A stretch of 64,000 nt of DNA from Basidiobolus meristosporus CBS 931.73 (Eukaryota > Fungi > Basidiobolomycota): contig MCFE01000232.1 in assembly GCA_002104905.1 (NCBI GenBank), positions 1 to 64,000 on the forward strand, written 5' to 3'. Below are positions 50,920 to 63,447 of the stretch, one piece after another. The notes below the pieces were generated by a model. The model did no database searches, had not been told where the DNA came from, and saw only the letters and a list, made by a program, of their open reading frames with translations. Made by a program: the position numbers and the translations under genes. How positions within the stretch are numbered: position 1 is the first letter of the stretch; each line of letters starts with the position of its first letter.

Positions 50920-51456
50920 CTACATGGAATACCTGGATGTCACCAGAGGTGCGGTATAACGGTAGTCGACATTCTGGGCAATGCTTTGCATAAGCTCCGA
51001 GAAGCTAGGTAACCGGGTCACACTCTCCATCTTGTGAGACGCGTATGTGTTGTAAGCAGACGAATGGTAGCTCGGCACCACATGAGTTGAATCCGTTGGA
51101 TTGGGGGTGTACTCCTTGATCCCATCCTCGGAGTCCGACGAACAAGAAGAGAGAGCGGGGCTTAAAGCAGGGCTGGGCGTGAATTTCGCTCCGATCGACA
51201 TGTATGACACCTGAGAAGCAGCAGATGAAGCAACCGAGTTGTTTGTACGAGGTTTCTTGGTGGGCTTGTTGTGAATGCGTTGATGTCTGACAAGTTCATC
51301 GGATCTCGAGAATCGTTTCCCACATCCGGAGAGCATGCATTGGTGAGGCTTCTCGCCTGTATGGATCCGGATATGGCGTGTGCGATGCTCCAGGCGATAG
51401 AACGCTTTATCACACATGGGACATTTGTATGGGCGATGGCTCTTGGATTTATCCAT
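50920..51456 (-). CDS. creA: CreA/Mig1-type C2H2 zinc-finger carbon catabolite repressor-like protein (~178 aa, intronless)
   Basis: [52 protein letters not shown] and a C-terminal RLPSFSEL motif. The most plausible ATG is at 51456. Orthologue versus paralogue is not resolved. Confidence 0.8.
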   Translation of the reverse strand: MDKSKSHRPYKCPMCDKAFYRLEHRTRHIRIHTGEKPHQCMLSGCGKRFSRSDELVRHQRIHNKPTKKPRTNNSVASSAASQVSYMSIGAKFTPSPALSPALSSCSSDSEDGIKEYTPNPTDSTHVVPSYHSSAYNTYASHKMESVTRLPSFSELMQSIAQNVDYRYTAPLVTSRYSM

Positions 51457-53714
51457 GGTAGCAGTTGTATTAAGGTTGGATTTGTTTATCAATTGAGTGG
51501 GTGTATTTGCAACAACCAAAGACGTTGGTTGAGACGACAGGATATAAGATAGTAAGTACCTTGCGAATGCTCCCTCCACTTCTTTTATATTCGATTTCCG
51601 CTGGGATTATGACGGTCCATTGGGCCTTCAAACTTGATCTGACCGAACTAATACAGTGTAACAAAATTCTAGAGTGGGTCGTTAAATTCCCGGCGCACTG
51701 GATCTTTCGAAAATTCCCTTTTCCAGGCGCACATGAGTATGTGGAGTTCAATCTATTTTGAATCTAGATAGTCGAACGTATCTGCTACGGTTCGGTCCTT
51801 GCAACTGAATGCTAGAATAAATATTCATCGCTTTTCTCGGGATACAATCACCCATTTTTGGATAGACCACCAGAGTGAATGCTACGTGCAAATTCTGTGA
51901 TCCGTCCAGAGTCTGTAGATCAGAACGATATAGTTCCATCGCTTAGAATGATCCGTCGGATACATGTCGAATGATTGGTGTTAATCTACCGCATTTTGGA
52001 TCGGCAGGTTTTTTTCCGTAGTATTGTTCTTCTTGGTCGTAGAACTCTGTGAGATTCTTGGTGATCTAGACAAAGCTAGACTGCGGGTTCGCTGCTTGAT
52101 ATGATAGGATACCAATGGGACCATATGGCAAAAAATCCATTTCCCCACATCCCGAACTGGGAATTGGACCTTGGTGTGATCCCTCATCCCAACCACACCC
52201 TGGTTTGGGAATCTTGGACAGCCAATTAATGATCCCTTTGATGTCTGAGCCAAGGTCAGAGTGCCCAACAAAGGCTGCTGTCTGGACTGCCTGGTATTAT
52301 TTATCTAATTAAGGATGCCAGCGATCCCGCTGTTGATCAAGTACGCGCGGCCAATGTGTGCCAGGAAACTAGAACCAGTGCCAAATATGTACTGATGAAG
52401 GGTCCATTAGAACCCTTCAAACTTGTCACTATCCGATAGAACTTGCTCCTCAAAGAACCCAATCAAACGAGACTGTATCCCTCCATACAAACGTGTAGAT
52501 AGTAGCGAATCAGTTACCAGGCGGTTGTCGCAGTTAGCGAAGACAGCGCTCCAGAAAGTGGGTCATCCGGTCACCTGATACGTCGAGCAGACTACAAATG
52601 CGCCATCCCACATTACGGCTGCACTCCGCCTGCACCCAAGGGAAAAATGGTTAAATACAGTGAGCACCTAATTGCCGGTCCAGTCCGGCCGAGTGCTTCA
52701 AATATTTCCTCGAGTAGTATCTGGTCGCGTCTTCGGGCCATTCTACTTGGATTGCATCATCTATGATAATATCGTTAGAATCTAGGTTTGTTCGAATTCA
52801 ATGCTTACCAATGGGCTTGGGGCCAATGCATTGCTTAACCTAGATGTGAAGCGGAGAAGCATCCCTATGGGGAAGGCTCGCTATCAGTCAAGATCTCCAC
52901 AAATGCCAGGACACAGGTCAGCTCTAACTAATCTTTGGGTATAAATCCACCATTTGATATAGGGCCATGTGGGGCAAATCCTCTACGGGTCCTCAAACCA
53001 ATTCAGCAAGTACCCACCGCAGCCGTATCAATACCATACATATATATATACAAGGATGTCCGCTTCCATCTGGGGGATCTAGATTACGAACGGATTTAGG
53101 CCGATGGTAGCAGCTCTTGGACGTAAGATGTGTCGAGCGATAGCGCAGTAGAATTCATCATGATACCCTTTATTGCCACCATTACAGTGATGGCAGCCGA
53201 TACGCAGGCTGGCGATGTCGAGTGGGTGGGCTCCACATTGGATCGTTGGCATGCTGCCAAGTTAGGTTTATGGGCCAAACGAAATTCTCCATTGTCGATT
53301 CTGATCGGCACCAATATGGAATACCTAACAATATGCTTGTTTTGGAATTCATTACAAATCCGAAGTAAAAGTAGTAAGGATTATTCTGGCTGTTGAGATG
53401 CCGATACCCCGTCCGGAGTTTATTTCTGACTTTCCATTCAATTGGCATCCCCCGGATGGAGTGCTGTTCAAGCAATAAAGCATACAGACTCGGCCTGTTT
53501 TCAAGGACAGCTATACATCCATTTGCAAGTCAATAATCACCGATTCTGACGCAACAGAGTCACAATTACAAGGAATCTCGCCAAGATCTTTATTTCCATG
53601 CATGCTACGGAAAAGCGAAAAATCCAGGGCTGTACGATGAAACTGATACAAACTATTGGAAACCGGACATGAAAATGAGCATTATCTGCTGCTGCAGCGG
53701 TAGTAAAATATGGT

Positions 53715-55255
53715 TTACTGAATAAATAATTCAGGTGTCAGGTTTTGCATCAAGTTGGCCATCTTGTCAACGTTTTGGCTCCACTCGTTCAGTCGCAATT
53801 TCATACCGTCAATCTGGTTAAGGTCCATGTAGCGGGACTGTACCCAGGTGATATGCACATACTGCTCAACTTGGTCAATCGAGCCACGGATCAAATTTAA
53901 GGAAAGTCCTTTCATTACAAGATGCTCAACCTTGGAAATATTCCCATTAGAAACCTCCACGATAAATCGTCAACCATTATATTGCCATACCTCGTCGATC
54001 GGCAGTTTGGTTTCAGTCGAGATGTCGGCGAATGGAATACGTCTATTGTCGGCAGAGCGTTTGAAGATGGACTCGATAAGAGACATCAAGCATATTTTTT
54101 GTCTTAAGAAGGCGGCGTAACTTTCGAGCAGAGGCTTCAGATGCCAACATTAGATTTGCCGTTTGATGGTATAATGCATTTCGACCAATGCTTACCTGCT
54201 TCGAGAACTGTGCAGACAACGCTTCAAACTTGCCAATATCACCAGCATTGACAGCGAAAAGAAGTTTGTATAGCCACTCATGCTCACCTTCCTTCAATAC
54301 ACTAAGAATAGGATGCATGAGCTAGAACAGACAAAGCTTAGTATGGCTGAACTACCAACAGGCATTACACAATCCAAATATCACTTACCAACTCTCCAAA
54401 ATTATAGATCGTTTCACCCAGGAGGGCGGCTAAGCTCAAGTCGTATGCGCGCTCCACCTTCTCAACTTCAGATAAATCATCAAGGTTGACACATGCCAAG
54501 AATAGAAGTGCGTTCTTGTAGTACTGGACAAAGTCTGCCTTGGCCTATTATGAAATAATGCATTAGATATGATTCATTAGTCATAGATTCACTAGAAAAA
54601 GTACCTTGAAGTATTGTGCAGAGACTCTGTAAAAACTGGCATGAATAATAGTTTCCACACTATCAAAACCCTCAAGGATCTTTTCGCTACTGTCCATAGC
54701 CTCCTTGGTGCTCTCTAAATCATTCAGCAACAGTCTGAAGCTTGCTACTTCCATAATAGCTAAAACATAAGCGTCTTGGGTTTCAGGGGTATTAACCTTT
54801 TCGATTAAAGGCGATAAGAAATCAATTGCCTCTTTGAAATCTACCAAGTATGAAGAATATTAGAGTAGAAAGAGCCAACAAATTCCACACATGCAATACC
54901 TTGAAATTGGGCAGCAGCGGAGAGTGCGAAGCTAACCAGCTTTAATTTGTTCATTTTCTTGGCCCAATCTGATACGAAATTTTGATACAAAGGAACTAAG
55001 AAAGAGCCAGATTCCGGTTGGCTTACAAATTCCTCTAAACGGGTTGTAAGTTGGTGCCATAACCTGTTCATCAAACAAATTAATTGACGGGCTCTTCGCC
55101 AAAACCAAGCTTGAGGGTATATAGGGTTATTCTTACTTGCGCTCATAAAGATCCTCAAAAATCATATAATATTCCTGAAGATGTTTAGGGGCTTTCTTTC
55201 TCTCTTGTGCCAAAAACTCGGTTACGGGTACGTCGATCTCCATTTTTTCAGCCAT
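53715..55255 (-). CDS. RPN9: 26S proteasome lid non-ATPase subunit Rpn9/PSMD13 (PCI domain), multi-exon
   Basis: MAEKMEIDV..KLWHQLT..FYRVSAQYFK..YYKNALLFL..GETIYNFGEL..MHPIL..EHLVMKGLSLNLIRGSIDQV..TPELFIQ, with GT-AG introns. Confidence 0.93.
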
Positions 55256-55328
55256 TTTGTCAAAGTGATGGTTTGTATATTTGATAGACCACCTTTCTGT
55301 TGTTTTCTTGCAACTTAGTTACCTTTCC

Positions 55329-55398
55329 AGTACGTCAGCACACTTTGGATATCACATGATTAAATCTGGAGAATCGTCAAATTTCTTCATTACGTAAT
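55329..55398. promoter_or_regulatory. bZIP-type motifs upstream of RPN9 (ACGTCA; palindrome ATTACGTAAT at 55389-55398)
   Basis: Motifs lie about 75-140 bp upstream of the ATG. Function is inferred only. Confidence 0.25.
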
Positions 55399-55469
55399 AT
55401 GGGATTTTTTGTTACACCAAGTCCTGAACCTCAAAATCAACAAAATCCTAAATTACATTTATCCAGCCG

Positions 55470-56560
55470 AGTTTGGGCTATGTTAGCAGCTTGAATTCTA
55501 CCTATCAAGTGATTGTAGGTGACGAGAAACCTCCTTCGAAATTGTAAATACCAAAGTTATGTAGACCTTAATAGGTAGAATTCAATTTTTTCTACAACAA
55601 AGACTTCACCATGTACATTCTATGGAAGATGTAAACCTAATTGATCAATACATGCGTGCATTTTGAGAACTTTCTATACATACAATTAGTATCAGGGAAG
55701 CTCAGGCTGTAAGGTGGGCTCTTATTGCTAAGAACATACACAGGGGTGCATGACTTAGGACACATTCCTGATGTGAAGGCACCAGATGCTTAACTCTGAA
55801 TATAATGTTGGTGGCTGAGTTATTTAGGATACGTGGATATTTCGAGTTCTCCAAAGAAATGACATTGCCAATTGGTATTTGAGGTTGATTTAGTGGCCTC
55901 TTGCTAATTACCCCATATTATCCAAAGTATACTTGAGTGAAAATGTTAGACTCCAACACAAGCCCAAAGGGTTATTAGCAATGTTGCCAACTGGCATCAT
56001 TTGGTGATATTAGATAATATAGGACATAGAGTAAGTGGGGCAGGAAGTATTTTATATTCATGTTAAGGTTGACCTTCAATTTGCGTTCATTAAACAGAGT
56101 TTTGGCTGTCTTGCGGTGAGCATAGCTGGGAGTTCAAACAAACTGACCGAAAACTCTATGATATGAAGGATGATAAATACAAGAAAATCAACAGCTTGCC
56201 TGTATTATTTGCTCTGTACAATCATTACCTTTTTTATGATTTATGGCATCAATGCTATTGGTAGTAAGTAATTGGAGTTGGGAGGTCAAACAACTGGATG
56301 GGTTTAACTCCACCACTGTAGCTAGCCAATAATGCATAAATTCGTTCTGCTCATTTCGATATGCATTTATATAGATTGATATAAATTCAATACCAGATAC
56401 CTGAATATACAAAGGCATTTTTTGTAGTACAATGCTTCATAATTTTGATAGGCAATCTAGCCTAATCAAATGTACTACACATTGGATGTTGCCCTCCTGA
56501 ACCCCATTACTACCATAAGAGTAGGTATATACACATAGCCATAGTGAACAGCTCATGTCG
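55470..56560. mobile_element. CpG-poor intergenic island, possible old DNA-transposon relic (weak hAT dimerization-domain resemblance at ~55880-56000)
   Basis: Local CpG depletion. Broken peptides W..ANYPILSKV and QAQRVISNVAN loosely resemble the hAT motif YP.LS..A...SERVFS. Confidence 0.3.
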
Positions 56561-57998
56561 TGAACACAAGCCTGCGGCAGCTCTCCACGATTGTGCTATT
56601 CATGCTTTTCTGATTGATCATCAGATACTCTGCCCAAATTGTACTCTATCAGTAAGTGTTGACTATTTTATTGATACTGAAGGTGCTAAGGCTTGAGAAA
56701 ACGCCACCACCCATGAGCTTTTCACTAATCACAATAGACAAGTTCCGATGAGTGCGAGGCTTGCGTAATTACATGTTCGGAATCAAATATGAAGTTAGAT
56801 GATCTGCACAACATACTATTTTATGCTCGCACCAATCATCCCCAAAAACCTCCATCAAAGGAAAAGTAATACCCAGCCTATATGCCAGAGATGCGATAGT
56901 TGTATACATAATACAAACTCGGGTTACCAGTCAACCCTGCTGTATGTGGCCCAATGATATGCGTCGTTCTTTTCACGCCAAAAGTTTCATTTTATATGGG
57001 ATTGCAGGTGTCTATTGAACGATCAAAGACCAAAACATCATTTGCCAAGTATCCCGCGATTACCTAAGCCTCTGGTAGATCCTCTAGAAAACGGTGTGTG
57101 ACATGAGCCACTCATTGATCAAATGAGTGCTGAGCTAAGCAATCGCAATCTTGATACGGAACAAGCAGACTAATACTGATTCACTCCATCCCTGCACAAT
57201 CACGACTGAGTGTTGATATATTAATCATTTCCCTATCGAGCATGCTGGGATCAACCACCTTATCATCTGGAACAATACCCCTGGGGACAATATAATATAT
57301 AGGCTTAATTATAGTTAGAATTGATGGCTCTATTAAAGCACCGGGCTTAAGCCTCGAGCCAACTAATCCATGTTGATGGGTGTGACTCAGCTAGGATGCT
57401 CCATGCTTCGTCGCGCGTGGCTGTATATGGAAAGCTCTTTAGAGTACCCGGCACCCACCCTAAGCTTGAGCAAATCATATTCAAATAGGCCATGTATATG
57501 AATATTCTTGTGACTCTCAGCTAACTGGAATCAGGTAACGCTACTTGAGCTGATTGATTTTGATACGTTCCATGGCTTCAGACTTGCACCAAATAACTCA
57601 GAGCACCGAAACCTAACCAAAGAGAAAAGATTTTCGTGATTTCAGGCTAGTGGTTGGTGATCTCCCAAAAGGAATTGCGCGGAATGCATGCGAGACTGGG
57701 GAATGCATGGGTCTATTAACCACACATACCATCAGCATATTCGTGGGGGTATATGGCTAGCAGGTTGAAGAAAAGGGGTGTTGTTTTCGAAGAGATGCAA
57801 GATACACGTGAGAAATCCCCAAGCCTTTTTATTCATAGCAAGACTCGTTTGGGTGACACGTCCACTTGGTCCGATCCAACGTGTTCGATTCTCTAATTCG
57901 CAAGGATCCTAAATCGATCGGCGGGATTACTGCAGATCCCTGAAGGTATTTAATGAGGCTGAAGGTGCCAATTTCCTGGACATTGTTCTAACATTATT

Positions 57999-58259
57999 AT
58001 GTCTAAGAATCTTCATCCTCTAGTCGAATCTTTAGGCGATCTGACATTGACTGAGTGTTCGTTGAGAAATACAACCAGCGTCGTAAGCGAGGATTCCGAT
58101 GACTCTATGAACGGGCGGAAGATCATTGATCTTGTTGAGGGCAACTCATTGCCTTTCCACCTCAATGGACGGCCTCTCACATACAATGAAGCATGTTACC
58201 ACTGGAATCTTGCAGTCAGGCATAAACAGCTACTACTCATGTCTCAGCTCACTCGCTAA
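57999..58259 (+). CDS. Hypothetical small protein (86 aa), unrecognised
   Basis: ATG-initiated ORF in CpG-normal DNA, downstream of CACGTG-like motifs and upstream of an AT-rich tail. A possible 5' intron (57946-58007) would shift the start. Confidence 0.4.
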   Translation: MSKNLHPLVESLGDLTLTECSLRNTTSVVSEDSDDSMNGRKIIDLVEGNSLPFHLNGRPLTYNEACYHWNLAVRHKQLLLMSQLTR

Positions 58260-59280
58260 CTGTATGCTACTAATGACCTCCACCACTTGAGCTGCTTTGT
58301 CTTGAGATACAGCTCTTACTGTACTTACTTCACATCATGTTGATCGTGCTATTCTTATGAATGTCTGGAGTTTATATTCTTCACACATAATAAGAGCCTA
58401 CTTGTTACATAGTTTACTTCATTACTCATACGTTGCGATTAAAATGCGTAGTTTCCAATCTGATCCCTGGCTTGCAAAATAGGATATGAAGGTTATAGGC
58501 TCACTGATTGATCATTGTTGTTGTTAGAGAATGTTGGAAGCAATCAACTCATATGCGGTTCCACCATTACCAGCAACTTGAAAGCGAAACTCAACATATC
58601 ATGCATATAGTAAAATCTGCTAGATAGTGTGCAGTGTTGGAACTGTTCCACCGGATAAGCTTTCTCAAATTTAACATTTGTGATTGGTTCCAAGGCAATA
58701 GCTGCCATTCAGTGTGTGGGTGCACTTTTAACACACTACGCCAATATACACCATAACAATAATGCCTCAGTTATTTAGCATCCAAGGTGGGGCATTCTAC
58801 ACACTATAGTCAAGGACTGCCAAACCATTTTAAACAAAGTTCACCACTAATCAAGTCTATATAGGTTTGACAGCTACTTATACACAATAGGAAATAGAAT
58901 CAGAGCCAAGCCAGCACAAGTTGATGAAAATACTCTCAGGAACGTGTATTCGGCATTAGTTCTCCCGATTTGGTTCTATCGGAATATTCGTCGGAATATT
59001 CACTGCACAGCTTCATTGGCAATTTGAAATCGAGAAAATTGATGGTTTTTGGTTACAGATCCTTAGTCCAGAATCAATCCAGTAACACCAGCAAATAATC
59101 GCTGATCGAGTTCCAGTAACTGAAATAAGGTACATATTTTAAATTATTAGTGTACGTCTATTTATGTAACAGTAGAATAGCCCTGGTTCGCTATCAGACA
59201 TCACCAATAAAAGTAGTCAAAATTTGAAGAACTGCGTTTGTTCCTCTCTTCAGTCTTTGTGGTAGTAGCATAACATTATC

Positions 59281-60358
59281 ATGGATATTATATTGTGGGT
59301 AGCAGATGAATACATCTTCGACAAGGCTTATTCTGCTTTTGCATATGCTGGCTTGCCCGACGTCCCTAGAGATGCTATTCTGCGTCAATTCACCAGTTTA
59401 ATATTAATCTCCGCTGTTGGTGCCTACTCCTTGTATATGATATTTTCCACCATCTCGTTCCATCTGTTCTTTGATAAGCGACAAATGAACCATCCCCGCT
59501 TCTTAAAAGATCAAATCAATCTGGAAATCAAAATGGCCACCGATGCTATTCCATTGATGGCTTTGTTGACTGCCCCCTTCTTTTTACTTGAAGTCCGTGG
59601 CTATTCACAGCTCTATGAATCCGTCGACGAATATGGCTGGGGTTACCTGGTCTCGAGTATCTTTATGTTCCTCTTCATAACCGATTTCGGCATCTACTGG
59701 ATTCACCGCGGGTTGCATCATAAATCAGTATACGCCAGACTCCACAAGGTAAGCGCGGCCTTAAGCTCAAAATTTTCTCTTGCGTTCTTGCTAAAATGGA
59801 TTTTTACACACTAATATCTAGCCTCATCACAAGTGGATTGGTATGAATATCTAGCCATAGTTGATGATATGTCGGGCCTTTTCTAATTTTATCTTCTAGT
59901 GCCTACGCCCTTTGCCTCGATCGCCTTTCACCCTATTGATGGCTGGGCACAGTCGCTTCCCTACCATATCTGCGTGTTCCTTTTCCCAATGCATAAGATC
60001 CTATACCTTGCGCTTTTTACCTTCGTTCAAATTTGGTCGATTTTGATCCATGACGGTTAGTACGCGCCTACGAAATGTAGTGGCGTTTGCGGTGCTAACT
60101 ACGTGCTTTATAGGTGAATACTTTACACATGACCCTGTTATCAATAGCGCAGCACACCACACCGTCCATCATCTTTACTTTAATTATAATTACGGTCAAT
60201 ATTTTACTCTCTGGGATCGCATTGGTGGCTCCTACCGTAAACCTTCCGACGAAATTTACAACACCGAGCTCCGAAGCACTAAGTCAGTCTATACCAAACA
60301 GGCCAAGGAAGTAGATGATATGGTCACCACCCTTGAGACCAAGTCGAAAACCAAATAG
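59281..60358 (+). CDS. ERG3: C-5 sterol desaturase (fatty-acid hydroxylase superfamily), 4 exons
   Basis: His boxes HRGLHH, HKPHH (across an intron) and HHTVHH; [24 protein letters not shown] and [16 protein letters not shown] motifs. Confidence 0.93.
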
Positions 60359-61244
60359 ACTTCGCTGGTCCATGTGTCTCAACCCAATCCGATCAAACTT
60401 CACAAGAATTTCTATTCAACTTGTATTTTCCACTCTGTAGTTTACCTAATCTTCCCTATGAAGTGGGTTTAGATGCAAGCAGATCGATTCCACATTAAAT
60501 ATTGATTGAAACCCGGGATAGTAGCAGCTTCTCGAGCAAGAGTAACATTATGATAGGAGCATCTGATAATGGCATGATGGATTCAATTGATTGGCAAACG
60601 AATGCTCAGCATTACACTGTTGTCTACAGACTGTATGAAATAGTATCAGTCATGATTGCGAAGAGAACCAGGAAACACTGAGACTAATTGTGTTATTTGT
60701 CCGACATCACCCTGTGTACTACCCAGCCAGCCAGTGGAGCAATATATAGAGCAAGCCTAGCAATATGCAGTAGTTCTATAGCCGCTACTGTGTTCTGCAT
60801 TCATCCACTTGTTGCCTATTTTGGAAGCATCAATCCAGAAATTGAAACCATCGAGTGATCATGATCCCCACGAGCACGAGCGATTCTTCATATTGGCATC
60901 CACCATGCACGCAAATTCACAATGGAGTGCATGCTTCATTGAGCCTCTGGATCGAAATCCATATGTGGCATCCATATTTATCTTTATCCAATCTATGGAT
61001 GGATCGAAATTTGCTATTTATTTCTGTGACATTTCATTCGAGCTCTAGACCCAGAGGATAGCATATAGTAATTTGAGTTTTCCAACATTTCCAAATGGTT
61101 CATGTTATGGGATTGTTGATAGATGGTCGATATCGTATCATATGATTTTCACATGTGGGGTATTTTGGAAGTATTCACAGCTTTAAATCAGTTGCTTGTT
61201 CTGCTGTTTATCTTGATAGCCCATTGTGTGGATCTTAGCTTAGG

Positions 61245-63447
61245 ATGGTAGCGTATTCCTTCTGCAACGTACATCTATGTACCTTTCTAACCGTTTCATG
61301 AACCTCAGACTCAGGAATTTGATGTTATAGTTGTCGGCGCTGGCATCATTGGCCCAGTGTTGGCCCATGCTTTAGCTAACGACGGTAGAAAAGTTTTGCT
61401 TATAGGTAAGTAATATTTGTTTGTTTTGTATTTGAATTAAGTCTCAAAAAACACGGAATAGAGAAAAACTGGGACGAGCCTGATAGAATTGTTGGCGAAC
61501 TTCTTCAACCGGGTGGTGTTCAGGCTTTGGAGCGATTGGGCTTAGCTGGTAACCACATCAAGTAACGTTTTTGTCAATCTGATCATAACTAAGTATACTC
61601 TCCCCTTTAGATTGTATCGAAGGGATTGATGGGATCCCAGTTTATGGATATGGCGTATTCTTTCGCGGTGAGGCTGTTAATATCCCATATCCAAAGAGCA
61701 GTGATGGTCAAACTATCTTGGGGAAATCTTTTCATCATGGTCGCTTAGTTATGAAACTCCGAGAAGCCGCTAAGGGGTGTTCAAAGTGAGTGGCTATCAT
61801 CATATCAAAAATGGAATACGAACCTAATATGATTTTTCGATAACAGCGTTGTTCCTCTTGAAGCAACTGTTAACGAACTAGTCAAAGATGAAGCTGGCCA
61901 GGTTGTTGGTGTAATTTGTACTAAAAAATCCGAAAACGAAGAAACCAAGCTGAAGGTATTTGCTATCATACGCCACAACAACCGCCACATACAAACCCAA
62001 TCTTTTGATCTAGTTCTCTGCTCCATTGACGTTCGTTGCTGATGGTATCTTCTCCAAATTCAGGAAAGAGTGTCTTCCTGTTCAACCTAAACTCAGATCG
62101 CACTTTGTTGGGTATGTCCATCAGTGGCGATATTTCCATATCGTCCTAGTATTTAAACAAATCTGCTTAGTTTCATAATGAAGGGTACTACATTGCCGTA
62201 TCCTAAGCACGGTCATGTTATTCTGGCGCGAAAATCTCCTATTCTTATGTATCAAGTAAGTATTAGCCACTAACGCGAAAGGCTCTGAATTCATTCATCT
62301 GATATTTCTAATAGATCGGAAGCAATGAAGTACGTGTCCTCGTGGATGTGCAAGGAAAATTGCCAAGTATCTCTAATGGTGATATGAAAGTAAACATATT
62401 TACCGTACTTGCCAGCCTTTGCACCCGACTATACTAATCACATGTTGTAAAATAGAACTATATGCTGGAAGAAGTTCTACCCGAAATCCCAAAGCAGATT
62501 CAAGTAGGAGCTCTTTCACACATTCAACTGGTCTTCACTTTCTCACAATATAGATAGCATGGATTCAAGGAGGGGGTTGAAAATGACCGCATTCGCTCCA
62601 TGACTAATAGCTTTCTTCCACCTACTCGCAACACTCACAAAGGTGTTATCTTAATTGGTGATGCAATGAACATGAGACATCCCCTAACAGGCGGTTAGTT
62701 CACTCCATATCTGATTGCCACTCCACATTACTTACTTCTAGCAGGTGGCATGACGGTCGCATTCTGGGATGTTGTCCACATTGCTGAATTACTCTCCAAG
62801 AAGAACGTTCCCGACTTCAGCGATACTGGGTTGGTGATTAAACAGATGAGCAAACATCATTGGAATCGTAAATCTCGCGCCTCAATGATCAATATTCTTG
62901 CCATGGCACTTTACGCTCTTTTTTCCGCCCCTGAAAACTGTAAGTTATATCCAATCCGTGCCAAACTGGACTGCTCATTCACATTCGCCTCCCTGTTCTA
63001 GCCGAAAACCTTAGAATTTTGCAACTCTCCTGCTTCAAGTATTTCCAACTTGGTGGAATTGCGGTTTCTGGACCCGTTGGATTGCTTTCTGGGTGAGCAA
63101 TTCCCATAATACTTCTACTCTGTCACTGAATCGATATATTCATCATATTTAACCATCAATCTAGCTTGATTCCCAATCCTTTGGTTTTAATGTTCCATTT
63201 CTACGCTGTTGCTCTCTATGGGATTTTGTTTCACGTTCTCTTAGCGCCTTTGTGGCCATCAGAAACATCACCGAATGATCTTAAAGATACTACTGGCAAG
63301 CCATCTTCCAAAGACAGTATGATCTTTACGCCCGCTACTGTTGGTTTGACGGTGGCGTATTTGCCGCTGAACATCATCAAGGCATTAAGTGTGCTCTATA
63401 CCGCCTGCGTAGTATTCCTTCCACTTGTCTGGAGTGAAATATGCTAA
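61245..63447 (+). CDS. ERG1: Squalene epoxidase (FAD monooxygenase), multi-exon
   Basis: FDVIVVGAGIIG, EPDRIVGELLQPGG, FHHGRLV, VVADG.FSKFRK, GDAMNMRHPLTGGGMTVA, INILAMALY, TACVVFLPLVWSE. The first exon is probably just ATG followed by intron 61248-61308. Confidence 0.93.

Noticed and set aside
53096-53475. Overlapping ORFs of 72-97 aa downstream of RPN9
   Set aside because: No recognisable domain or consistent splice structure; the faint hAT-like resemblance is not convincing.
51580-53700. Several SYGGRG (CreA-consensus) sites upstream of the creA-like gene, suggesting autoregulation
   Set aside because: About 6 were seen, while roughly 8 are expected by chance in 2.1 kb (1 per 256 bp on both strands), so there is no enrichment.
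57860-57900. GTTCGATTC B-box-like motif suggesting a tRNA
   Set aside because: The flanking bases do not form a T-stem or acceptor stem, and no cloverleaf is possible.
59197-60711. Shared 9-mer GACATCACC upstream of both ERG3 and ERG1
   Set aside because: One or more shared 9-mers are expected by chance between regions of this length.
60809-61061. Short ORFs between ERG3 and ERG1
   Set aside because: Two overlapping short frames with no motif, lying in the likely ERG1 promoter region; probably chance.
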